DNA from: a virus
Virus record (IMG/VR): IMGVR_UViG_3300043957_000063
Coordinates: 1 to 39,012 of that record
DNA length: 39,012 nucleotides
Strand: one strand, 5' to 3'
Shown here: one piece after another, positions 15,155 through 23,117 of the stretch
Position numbering within the stretch: the stretch's first letter is position 1
Layout: every line of letters starts with the position of its first letter
Notes under the pieces: generated by a model
What the model was told of the DNA's origin: nothing
Seen by the model: only the letters and a program-made list of their open reading frames with translations
Database searches by the model: none
Made by a program: the position numbers and the translations under genes

Positions 15155-16062
15155 TGCGGATTCGAACGATTAAGCCGCAGCTGTTTACAGACGCTGACCT
15201 GTCCTCGATGGGACTGTTTACTCGATATCTTTTCGTTGGTTTGTTCAGTTATTGCGATGACAATGGTGTGGGGTTGGATGATGAGGCGCTGATCTGTACG
15301 CAGTTGTTCCCCCATGATTTCTATGAGCATCCGAACGAGGTGCGTCAGCAGGTTCACAACGCGCTTCTGCAACTCTCCGGAAAATTACCGGAAGACTCCG
15401 GAAAATTACGGAAGGTGTTCCTGAAGCGGTATTGGGATGGAAAACACCATGTTTTTTACCTGGTCAACTGGGATAAACACCAGAAGATCAGCCACCCCGC
15501 GAAGAGTGAGTTTCTTCGACCTGACGAAGTGCCCGAAAACGTTGAAATTCCAAGGGATGGGGGGTTGTTTCCGAATGACTCCGGAAAATTACCGGAAGAC
15601 TCCGGAAAATTACCGTCTGGAATAAGGAATAAGGAAGGGAATAAGGAAGGTATTACTTCTTCGTCGGAAATCGCTGACGCGAAATCCGATGAGGAGAATC
15701 CCGATGCCGTCGCTCTGTGCGATCATCTACGTCAACGCATCATCGACAACGGTTCGAAACCGCCGAAGGTAACCAAGCGGTGGCTGAACGAGGCTCGGCT
15801 CCTCATCGAGACGGATCATCGTCCATTGAGGCAAGCTCATGCGCTCATTGACTGGTGCCAACAAGATTCGTTCTGGAGTCCCAACATCCAGAGCATGCCC
15901 AAGTTCCGTGAGAAGTACGACACGTTGCGGTTGAAGGCCGAACAAGCCAACCCGCGTTCCAAGGCCCAGCAGAATCAGGATGCGAACGAGCAGATGGTAC
16001 GCCGGTACGCCGAGGACGCCCGGCAAGCCAGACAAGCGGAACAGTTGAGATTGGGGGCATGA
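15154..16062 (+). CDS. Putative replication initiator / replisome organiser
   Basis: ATG 15154 follows AAGGAAGGAG. The N-terminus RIRTIKPQLFTDADL...YLFVGLFSYCDDNGVG is common in actinophage replication proteins. The gene contains four iteron copies. Confidence 0.6.
   Translation: MRIRTIKPQLFTDADLSSMGLFTRYLFVGLFSYCDDNGVGLDDEALICTQLFPHDFYEHPNEVRQQVHNALLQLSGKLPEDSGKLRKVFLKRYWDGKHHVFYLVNWDKHQKISHPAKSEFLRPDEVPENVEIPRDGGLFPNDSGKLPEDSGKLPSGIRNKEGNKEGITSSSEIADAKSDEENPDAVALCDHLRQRIIDNGSKPPKVTKRWLNEARLLIETDHRPLRQAHALIDWCQQDSFWSPNIQSMPKFREKYDTLRLKAEQANPRSKAQQNQDANEQMVRRYAEDARQARQAEQLRLGA
15375..15409. repeat. Iteron pair 1: core CTCCGGAAAATTAC at 15375 and 15396 (21-bp phasing)
   Basis: Read directly. 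It encodes SGKLPEDSGKL in the protein. Confidence 0.85.
15579..15613. repeat. Iteron pair 2: core CTCCGGAAAATTAC at 15579 and 15600
   Basis: Same 14-bp core, 204 bp downstream of pair 1. Confidence 0.85.
15619..15650. repeat. Purine-rich A+T-rich repeat tract GGAATAAGGAATAAGGAAGGGAATAAGGAAGG
   Basis: Read directly, immediately after iteron pair 2. Confidence 0.8.
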
Positions 16063-16589
16063 GCATGAATGACGAATACTGGGCCACCGCCAGAGGCAAG
16101 CAGCGTCTGGCCGATGCGAGTCTCCTGCTCACGAAGATCGGCGCGCATCACGGTAACGCCGTCCCATCGGACCTGCAGGTGAGGACCTTCGCCGAGGAAA
16201 TGATGCCGACATACACTCTCGCGGATGCAATCGAAGCCATACGCCAGTTCTACATGGCGAACGTCAAGAACCAATGGATGAGTTCCGGCCAGCTCAACGC
16301 GGGAATCAGGGTATTGCGTCGCAAGCGGATACCCGAGGAAACGCGAATAGGTGAGCTTATGGACGCGTCGCACGTCGATGCTGACCACATGCTCGCCTAT
16401 CGGCGTGAACTCATCAAGGGCATTCAGCGTGGACTGAGCGCCGAGCAATCGGCACAGCGGGCATCCGTGAAATCCAAGCAGCTACGCATAACAGCAGCAC
16501 CAGAGAAACCAAGAAAGCGGAAGCAATACCATTTCGCAGGCCGCATCGACCGCATGAATTTACACGACGTTTTAGGAGAAACAACATGA
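16059..16589 (+). CDS. Hypothetical protein (176 aa), possibly replication-associated by position
   Basis: ATGA coupling to the initiator gene. Confidence 0.55.
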   Translation: MSMNDEYWATARGKQRLADASLLLTKIGAHHGNAVPSDLQVRTFAEEMMPTYTLADAIEAIRQFYMANVKNQWMSSGQLNAGIRVLRRKRIPEETRIGELMDASHVDADHMLAYRRELIKGIQRGLSAEQSAQRASVKSKQLRITAAPEKPRKRKQYHFAGRIDRMNLHDVLGETT

Positions 16590-16684
16590 ATCGACCATTA
16601 GGCGCAGTTGAGCAATGGTGGCATGAGAATAGCCGCTAGAACACCGCGAAAGTATTCAATTCCATCGATGACGGACTCTTCGTC

Positions 16685-16834
16685 ATGATTGCACGAGACG
16701 GCGGAGGCATCGTCTTTGAAGGGATTCCGGAACCGGCGACACTAAACACCGGGGCGTACCACCTTCCAACACATAGGGCCAGAGAAATGGCTGAATGGAT
16801 TCTTGCAAACACCACGGGAGAGGAACATCGATGA
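16685..16834 (+). CDS. Possible small ORF (49 aa)
   Basis: Below the ORF-track cut-off. The stop overlaps ATG 16831 (ATGA). It fills a plus-strand gap otherwise covered only by an antisense ORF. Confidence 0.35.
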   Translation: MIARDGGGIVFEGIPEPATLNTGAYHLPTHRAREMAEWILANTTGEEHR

Positions 16835-17187
16835 CTAAACGCTATATCAGCCCTCAGAGCGGCCCGGTAGACATCAAGACCGATAAGGATAGCCATCACC
16901 CTTCCCAAGAGCACACGAAGCCCGCTGGATGGCAAAACGAGGCACATACGCCAACCACCGAGGAAGTGTGCGAATGCTGGACAACACGGAATGATATCGG
17001 CAACCCATACGAGCCCGATGCCGATTTCGAAGAAAGACACCATGAAGAAAGCGTCAAGTTCAACCGTTGGCTACGCAAAATCAAATCCGCAGCGTGGGCT
17101 GAAGGTGCCGAATTCGGCTGGTATCGAGGATGGGACGACATAAGCCTGGAACCCGAAGACAACCCTTACGAAAGCGAGGAAGCATGA
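16831..17187 (+). CDS. Hypothetical protein (118 aa)
   Basis: Start at MTKRY after GGAGAGGA. The C-terminus is acidic. Confidence 0.55.
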   Translation: MTKRYISPQSGPVDIKTDKDSHHPSQEHTKPAGWQNEAHTPTTEEVCECWTTRNDIGNPYEPDADFEERHHEESVKFNRWLRKIKSAAWAEGAEFGWYRGWDDISLEPEDNPYESEEA

Positions 17188-17468
17188 GCGAACAATTTTG
17201 GTTAGGCATGTTCCTGCCGCTGATCGCTTGGGTAATACTGCTGGGATTCTACGGGTTGTATATCGCGTTTTGCTGGCTCGCCACGCACAAGAAGTGGCTC
17301 CTGCGCACCCAGGAACTCAGAGAAGACATCACCGAAACGAACATCGAGCCATTGCGCGACATGGAGAAGGCAATCATCCATTCCCGCAGATGGAAGATGC
17401 TTCGCATGTTCGGACGAACCATCCTCATCGTCCGCGACAGCACAGGCGACACGAAGGAGCAGCATTGA
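17184..17468 (+). CDS. Small membrane protein (94 aa)
   Basis: Start at MSEQFW (ATGA overlap with the upstream gene). TM segments LGMFLPLIAWVILLGFYGLYIAFCWL. Confidence 0.55.
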   Translation: MSEQFWLGMFLPLIAWVILLGFYGLYIAFCWLATHKKWLLRTQELREDITETNIEPLRDMEKAIIHSRRWKMLRMFGRTILIVRDSTGDTKEQH

Positions 17469-17617
17469 GCAAAAACAGCGAAACCAGGTACAGAGAAGCG
17501 ATCCAACTCATCCGCGAAGGAGCCGACGACGACCGGATACGACGCGAATTCGGCTACAACCAGAACGTCATCAACGGGCTGAGGCAATCACTCGCAGACA
17601 AGGGGCCAACATGGTGA
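17465..17617 (+). CDS. Possible small HTH-like protein (50 aa, TTG start)
   Basis: GAAGGAG lies 7 nt upstream of TTG 17465, which overlaps the upstream stop. Confidence 0.4.
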   Translation: MSKNSETRYREAIQLIREGADDDRIRREFGYNQNVINGLRQSLADKGPTW

Positions 17618-18363
17618 ACGTCATCGTCGGCTGCCAGGTCTGCGGCGCGAAAACCAGCGGAGGGAGAGTGTGTGGCAATTGCACCGGCGAGTTGGCGCAC
17701 ACTTTGCGACATCTGGCGGCGCGCCTGCCCGACCTGCGTATCGTCGCCGCAAAGAAGGCTTCGGTCATGGCACGAGAGCAAGGCCACGGGTCACGTACCG
17801 TCGCCCCGATTCCATTGAACGCGGGAGCATGGCAGTTGCAGCAAAGCATCGAGAAATACGCCGTCACCCTCGCCGGCGTGCTCACGCTCCCATACCGGAA
17901 ACTCCCCGCCGAAAGCCTGCTCAAAGGCGCAGCATCACGTACACCAGCGCTCATGCAACGCAGGGACGCGGCCAGCATCCACACGTTGGCTTCGATCGCC
18001 AGCAGACGCCTCGACCGACAGTTGGAGCCACCCCAAAGCCGCATCCTCATCGGACAATGCCCCTACTGCGGCGACGACGTATGGAGCAGCGAAGACGACC
18101 TAGCCGCAGGCTGGCAGCCATGCAACTGCGGGCAAACCATCAACATCCCATCCGTCCAAGAACAACGCATCTTCAAACTCGCCATCTCCGACGCGCAAGG
18201 CACCGCAGCAGCACTCAGCAAACTGTTGAAAGGATGCGGGATCGAGGTCAGACGGCAGACGATCAGCGAGTGGAAGAGACGCGGCGTAATCAAGCCCGTA
18301 GGCAGTCAGGACGGCAAGCCAGTGTTCCTGCTCTGGGATGTGTGGGGAGCGTACACACGCTAA
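17611..18363 (+). CDS. Hypothetical protein with two zinc-ribbon-like motifs and a C-terminal HTH-like segment (candidate regulator)
   Basis: Motifs CQVCGAKTSGGRVCGNC and CPYCGDD...CNCG. The C-terminus contains VRRQTISEWKRRGVIKP. It is the last gene of the early block. Confidence 0.55.
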   Translation: MVNVIVGCQVCGAKTSGGRVCGNCTGELAHTLRHLAARLPDLRIVAAKKASVMAREQGHGSRTVAPIPLNAGAWQLQQSIEKYAVTLAGVLTLPYRKLPAESLLKGAASRTPALMQRRDAASIHTLASIASRRLDRQLEPPQSRILIGQCPYCGDDVWSSEDDLAAGWQPCNCGQTINIPSVQEQRIFKLAISDAQGTAAALSKLLKGCGIEVRRQTISEWKRRGVIKPVGSQDGKPVFLLWDVWGAYTR

Positions 18364-18398
18364 CTGTGGACGTTATTTGCAATTCCTGACTGTGGACG
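18363..18398. repeat. 10-bp direct repeat ACTGTGGACG (18363-18372 and 18389-18398)
   Basis: Read directly, at the start of a noncoding stretch of about 530 bp. Confidence 0.75.
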
Positions 18399-18576
18399 CC
18401 ATACTGGTTAAAGTTGATTATTTTCATATGTGGGGCTCGGGAGCAATCTCGGGCCCTTCGTCATTCTTGCCGTCATATAGCGGGCGGCAATATTCTTTCC
18501 GCACTGCTCCTCGACCGGTTGTCGACATACGCTCCTTGGCCTGGAGTGTTTCTGGTCATGCATAAGGCGGAAGGAC

Positions 18577-18647
18577 TCCTCTGTAGCTCAACGGATAGAG
18601 CACGTAATGTTAGTGCGCGCGAGCGGGTTCGACTCCCGCCAGAGGAA
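18577..18647 (+). tRNA. tRNA-Asn(GUU)-like gene with a non-canonical shortened anticodon stem; no encoded CCA
   Basis: Acceptor stem tcctctg/cagagga (7 bp). D-arm gctc-aacggata-gagc. T-arm gcggg-ttcgact-cccgc. Anticodon loop atgttag (GTT). Only 4 clean anticodon-stem pairs (cgta/tgcg, including one G-T), and 71 nt in total. Confidence 0.6.
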
Positions 18648-18893
18648 CAGCGCCACTGTCAATGTCAGCAGTGGCTTGCGTGGAGACAGCTACCACGTAA
18701 TCGCAGAATGACACCGCGGGCAAGCTGAAATGCGGTGCTCCCCGAGAGCGCCCAAGCCTCTGCCCGCACACTCTTGCCTGGTGGTCTTACAACCTTTCAC
18801 CACCAGGCACCACACTTGCTCTGCCATGCCACATCCCAGCACGCCACACGGTGGCAGACATGAGCAGAGCACATTCAACCTAGGAGCTGACAT

Positions 18894-19130
18894 ATGAGCT
18901 TGTTGGACGAGGCGGTCCGTGTGCAGGACAGTAACAATCTGCAGCGTTACAGATTCAAGCTCGACCGGTGGATAGACAGCCAGGACAAGCTCGAACGCGA
19001 AGACGTGGAAAGCCTCGCATCTAATCTCACCATCTCGTCGCGCACGGTGCTCAAGGTACTCGCCAACCACGGCTACGACGGTACCGAATCCTCGATCAGC
19101 TCATGGAGGCGAGCGCATGTCACTCGCTAG
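18894..19130 (+). CDS. Small HTH-like protein (78 aa)
   Basis: AGGAG precedes the ATG. The segment ISSRTVLKVLANHGY is HTH-like. Confidence 0.5.
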   Translation: MSLLDEAVRVQDSNNLQRYRFKLDRWIDSQDKLEREDVESLASNLTISSRTVLKVLANHGYDGTESSISSWRRAHVTR

Positions 19131-20265
19131 CGAAGCGGAACAATTGGAAAGCATGGCGGCATTGCCGTCACAGTATCAGCCACATGCCGAGATAGACGGC
19201 GACGATGGCACGGCGGCAACCGGTCTGGTAGACGGAACGCTCATCGGCAGCGATAACGACCTGCTCAAACTCGCGAACCTGGATCCCGCCGAATGGGTAG
19301 TGACCAACGCCAAGAAGCAGATATGGACGAAGGAGACGGCGCACGGCGTACGCCGCAGCATCTTCTTCGGATTTACCCGACGCACACCAGAACGAGAACA
19401 CATAGCGCACATACTCGCTTCGAAGATACAACCCTTAAAGCCTGCGCTCGGACAGCAGTCCGCCGACGGCGAGCCGCTCGTCATATGCTTCGCTGACCTG
19501 CAGACCGGCAAGGCGGACGAGAAGCACGGTGGCACTCCGGAACTCATCGACAGATTCCACAACGTACTCGGACAGCTCGTGGACATCGCGGCAGCGGAGA
19601 ACCCGCGCACGATAGCCATCTGCGATCTTGGCGACATCTGCGAAGGATGGAGCAACCACACTTCCATCTCCCAGGCATCATCGAACGACATCACCCAGTC
19701 CGAACAGCTTCGCGTCGCACGACGGCTCATCACCGAAGCCACCGTCAGCCTCGCACCATACGCAGGACATACGATCGTCAGCGGCGTAGACAGCAACCAT
19801 GCAGCAGAACGCATGCAGAACGGCATGCAGAACCGACACGGCGACTGGGGGCTGGAAAACCTGCGCGGCATACGAGATGCGTTCGAACTGTTGGAAACCG
19901 ACCTCGAACCAGAGTTCATCATCCCCGAACCATTGGAGTCCGGCGCATTCATCGACATCGAAGGACTGCACATCGCACTCACCCATGGGCATGACGCGAA
20001 GCGCATCGAGAACATGGGCCAATGGCTCGCCAACCAGGCAGCATTGCCAGGCAGCAGATACGCCACCTCGAACGTACTCATCCACGGACACTACCATCAC
20101 TTCGCAGCATCCGAATCACGGCACCGACTCATACTCGGATGCCCAGCACTCGAATCCGGAAGCAACTGGGTGACCCGCATGAACGGTGAAGAATCCAACC
20201 CCGGAGTCCTCACCTTCCGAGTCAAAGACCGTAAGCTACATGGGCTACGGATCATCGAACCATAA
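19117..20265 (+). CDS. Calcineurin-like metallophosphoesterase with an N-terminal extension of about 110 aa
   Basis: Motif series ICFADLQTG, ICDLGDICEG, VDSNHAAE, ALTHGHD, LIHGHYHH. Confidence 0.7.
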   Translation: MSLASEAEQLESMAALPSQYQPHAEIDGDDGTAATGLVDGTLIGSDNDLLKLANLDPAEWVVTNAKKQIWTKETAHGVRRSIFFGFTRRTPEREHIAHILASKIQPLKPALGQQSADGEPLVICFADLQTGKADEKHGGTPELIDRFHNVLGQLVDIAAAENPRTIAICDLGDICEGWSNHTSISQASSNDITQSEQLRVARRLITEATVSLAPYAGHTIVSGVDSNHAAERMQNGMQNRHGDWGLENLRGIRDAFELLETDLEPEFIIPEPLESGAFIDIEGLHIALTHGHDAKRIENMGQWLANQAALPGSRYATSNVLIHGHYHHFAASESRHRLILGCPALESGSNWVTRMNGEESNPGVLTFRVKDRKLHGLRIIEP

Positions 20266-20372
20266 GACCAAACAACGGGACAAAGATACCATCACAGCAC
20301 ATACTTGCCCTGCCTCGCCATAATCCAAGCGCAGACGAGAGCAGGGCAACACATACGCAGGGAGACTAGCGC

Positions 20373-20672
20373 ATGGCAACTAAGAAGCGCGTCAGTACGC
20401 GAGCGTTCCAGAAGCAACGTGATCAGTTCTTCGAACAAGGACAACGAGAGAACGCACCATGCTGGCTATGCGGACAACCCATCGACTACACACTCAAACC
20501 AGGAAGCGCCGACGACTCACACGAACTCGATCACTACGTTCCAGTCAGCGTAGACCCAACATTGCAATACGATCCAGCAAACTTCAGGCACGCACACAAG
20601 ATATGCAACGTGCTACGAAGCAACAAGCCACCCAAGTTGAGCCTCGGAATACACAGCAGACAATGGTATTAA
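20373..20672 (+). CDS. HNH endonuclease (packaging-associated type)
   Basis: Motif CWLCGQPIDY...HELDHYVPVS...NFRHAHKICN. It lies just upstream of terS and terL. Confidence 0.8.
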   Translation: MATKKRVSTRAFQKQRDQFFEQGQRENAPCWLCGQPIDYTLKPGSADDSHELDHYVPVSVDPTLQYDPANFRHAHKICNVLRSNKPPKLSLGIHSRQWY

Positions 20673-20850
20673 ATAATAGTGTTTCAAATAAAATTATAGA
20701 AATTATTCAAAATAATTAATTATATACACAGGGGATAGGGCGTTGACATCGCTGGAGACCTGTTGGACGGCTTACTTCCCGCGTGCGAGTGTTCCCCTCT
20801 CCCCGAGTTGTCCAATAGGGGTCGCGCGCGATGTAGGGCGGAGGTGAATC

Positions 20851-21171
20851 GTGGTTGCTAGATTTGAGTTGCTGAGCGTCGCTGATGCGTTTGAACGATC
20901 ATTGCGTAATATGAGCGGGCTCTCGGCGAAGCATTCTGCACTCGTCGCGGCATCGAGAGTACTTGCGGAACGTATCGACCTGATTGCGGAGGACGGATTC
21001 ATTGATGGCAACGGGAAACTGGACAATGTCACTGTCCCAACGTTCCTCAAATATTTGCAGGCGCTTGGCATGACCGTTGATGTCGTGCAGAAAGCGCCTG
21101 CAAAGGCCAAAGGCGGATCACAGAAGGATATGCTCGCTGATTTCCGTCGTGAGCACCGGCAGACGGTCTGA
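20851..21171 (+). CDS. Terminase small subunit (P27-like), GTG start
   Basis: GGAGGTG precedes GTG 20851. The call rests on size, position and the C-terminal segment PTFLKYLQALGMT followed by a basic tail. Confidence 0.55.
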   Translation: MVARFELLSVADAFERSLRNMSGLSAKHSALVAASRVLAERIDLIAEDGFIDGNGKLDNVTVPTFLKYLQALGMTVDVVQKAPAKAKGGSQKDMLADFRREHRQTV

Positions 21172-21513
21172 TCACATCTGCTGTAGCCATTGGATTGCGT
21201 ACATACCAAGGAACAGAACAAGGGCTGATGCCACAATTCCTGTGATTGCAATCCCCATTCCTCGCAGTACGCCGGTTGCTCTACTTGATACTGCGCCGAC
21301 GATTGAACATATGAGTCCGGCGAGCGCTGCAATACTGCCCAGGGGCGCGAATAGACCTGCGCCGCGTATCGCAACAGCCACCATGACTGATAGGAATGCG
21401 ATGCCGCTGAGAATCAGTCCTGTTATGGCGCTTGTGGATAGGGGTTTCCTGTTTGTTGGGGCCGTGGCTTGAATCGGTAGTTGTTGTGGTTGCATGTTGC
21501 TCTCTTCGCTCAA
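21172..21513 (-). CDS. Reverse-strand multi-TM membrane protein (113 aa, DUF4190-like appearance)
   Basis: Polar N-terminus MSEESNMQPQQLPIQATAPTNRKP followed by 3-4 hydrophobic helices. The stop abuts the terS stop and the start lies 12 nt from the terL start. Confidence 0.6.
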   Translation of the reverse strand: MSEESNMQPQQLPIQATAPTNRKPLSTSAITGLILSGIAFLSVMVAVAIRGAGLFAPLGSIAALAGLICSIVGAVSSRATGVLRGMGIAITGIVASALVLFLGMYAIQWLQQM

Positions 21514-21525
21514 GGTGGTGGTTCC

Positions 21526-23103
21526 ATGTCTTCGACATTGTTGGGGAAGATGGAGCCTCGCATTTGGACTCGTCCTTTAAGGAAGCTTACTCCTGAGACT
21601 TCTCTGGGTTACGAAGTCGTTGATTTCGCCCGTTCGATTCTTGGCATCGAGCTTCGTCCATGGCAACAATGGCTTTTGGTGCATGCTTTGGAGTTGATGC
21701 CGGATGGTTCGTATCGGTTCCGCCGTGTGATTGTGCTGGTGGCGCGGCAGAACGGTAAGACCATGTTGGCGAGTGTCCTTGCCTGTTGGTGGCTTCTGGT
21801 GGATTCGTTGCGTCATCCTGAGCGGGTGCCTCCTGTGAAGTTCAAGATTGTGGGGACCGCGCAGAATCTCGATATTGCGCGTGAGCCTTGGGCTCAAGTG
21901 AAGATGTGGTGTGATCCGGAGCCGGATACGGAGGAGGCTGGTGATCTTGCGGTTCCTGCACTTCAGGACAACACCGCGAAGGTTTCGGACACGAATGGCA
22001 AGGAGTATATCCAGTCGAAGAAGCTGGCTCAGTATGAGATTCGAGCGGCGAAGAACGCCCGCGGAAAGCCAGCTGCTCGTGTGCTTATGGATGAGCTCCG
22101 TGAACAACAGACGTGGGTTGCCTGGAATGCCACGTCGCAGACCACCAAGAGTTTCTGGTCGGGCCAGCTGTGGGGTATATCCAATGCCGGGGATGGCACC
22201 AGCGTGGTGTTGAAGGCGCAGCGTGATGCCGGTATCGCTCAGATCGCGGAGTGGGACAAATACGTTGAGGATGGCTTGCAGGATGCCGAGGAGTATGCGA
22301 ATTCGCATGATGTGAGCATCGGGCTGTTTGAATGGTCCGCACCTGATGGGTGTGCGTTGGATGATCCCGAGGCGTTGTGTCAGGCCAACCCGAGCATCGG
22401 ATTCGGTGGTATGACGGTGCAGTCTTTGGCTTCTGATGCCGCTGGCATGACCGAGACCGGTTTCCGTACCGAGGTGCTATGCCAATGGGTGACCGCGGAC
22501 GTGGACACGTACCTCGATCCTGACAAATGGAAGCGCGGCACCGATGCTGGTTCGTCTATCGAGGATGGTGGGCGGATCGTGCTCGGGATCGATACCACGG
22601 CTGACGGTTCGGTCACGTGGGTGGCCGCCGCGGGACTGCGTTCTGATGGCCTGCCTCACGTGGAGGTGGTGACTCGCAGGGATGGGATGATGTGGGTCCC
22701 TAACCTGCTTAAACGTATCCGTGACACCACGGGTGCCAATGAGGTTGCCATACAGGGCAGGGGTTGCCGTGCAGTGGATCTGATCGACCCGCTGGCGGAG
22801 CTTGGCTTCCAGGTTGACTCAATAGATGGTCCTCGTCTGGGGGCGTCCACGGGCCAGTTCCGTGACCGTGTGCGCGAGGAGAAGCTCCGGCACTTGCCTC
22901 AGCCTGCGATCGATGAGGCGGTATCCGCTGGCGTCGCGCGCAAGCTCGGTGATGTCGAGGTGTGGGATCGCAACAACTCCATGATGGATATCTCGGGTTT
23001 GATTGCTGAAACATATGCATTGTACGGCCTCGAGATGTTCGAGGCTTCGAATTCTTCGATGACTGCTTCCGCTTATGCGGAGCATGGTCTGATGGTTCTC
23101 TAG
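21526..23103 (+). CDS. terL: Terminase large subunit
   Basis: Start at MSSTLLG after AAGGTGGTGG. Motifs LRPWQQWLL and Walker A VARQNGKT. The C-terminal half is nuclease-like. Confidence 0.85.
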   Translation: MSSTLLGKMEPRIWTRPLRKLTPETSLGYEVVDFARSILGIELRPWQQWLLVHALELMPDGSYRFRRVIVLVARQNGKTMLASVLACWWLLVDSLRHPERVPPVKFKIVGTAQNLDIAREPWAQVKMWCDPEPDTEEAGDLAVPALQDNTAKVSDTNGKEYIQSKKLAQYEIRAAKNARGKPAARVLMDELREQQTWVAWNATSQTTKSFWSGQLWGISNAGDGTSVVLKAQRDAGIAQIAEWDKYVEDGLQDAEEYANSHDVSIGLFEWSAPDGCALDDPEALCQANPSIGFGGMTVQSLASDAAGMTETGFRTEVLCQWVTADVDTYLDPDKWKRGTDAGSSIEDGGRIVLGIDTTADGSVTWVAAAGLRSDGLPHVEVVTRRDGMMWVPNLLKRIRDTTGANEVAIQGRGCRAVDLIDPLAELGFQVDSIDGPRLGASTGQFRDRVREEKLRHLPQPAIDEAVSAGVARKLGDVEVWDRNNSMMDISGLIAETYALYGLEMFEASNSSMTASAYAEHGLMVL

Positions 23104-23117
23104 GAAAGGGGGATCGT

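Noticed and set aside
15375-15620. Possible CRISPR-like repeat array
   Set aside because: There are only four copies of a 14-21-bp unit, in two tandem pairs with no spacers of CRISPR size, and they lie inside a coding gene. They are interpreted as iterons.
16636-17043. 135-aa minus-strand ORF
   Set aside because: It overlaps plus-strand ORFs that are linked by ATGA start-stop coupling, and it has no RBS. A small plus-strand ORF (16685-16834) fills the gap.
17670-18389. 239-aa alternative-frame ORF (extremely Arg-rich)
   Set aside because: It lies on the same strand as 17611-18363 but out of frame with it. That gene has zinc-ribbon and HTH-like features, whereas this composition is implausible for a protein.
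18414-18728. 104-aa ORF
   Set aside because: It runs straight through the tRNA-like gene, has no RBS and has odd composition.
19176-20100. 301-aa and 140-aa minus-strand ORFs
   Set aside because: They are antisense to the metallophosphoesterase, whose five catalytic motifs are in order on the plus strand.
20305-20349. 9-bp-stem inverted repeat ttgccctgc / gcagggcaa as a terminator
   Set aside because: The loop is 27 nt and no T-run follows. Its function is unclear, so it is only mentioned under the cos finding.
21481-21525. terL start at 21481 as given by the ORF track
   Set aside because: It would overlap the start of the reverse-strand gene and lacks an RBS. ATG 21526 follows AAGGTGGTGG.
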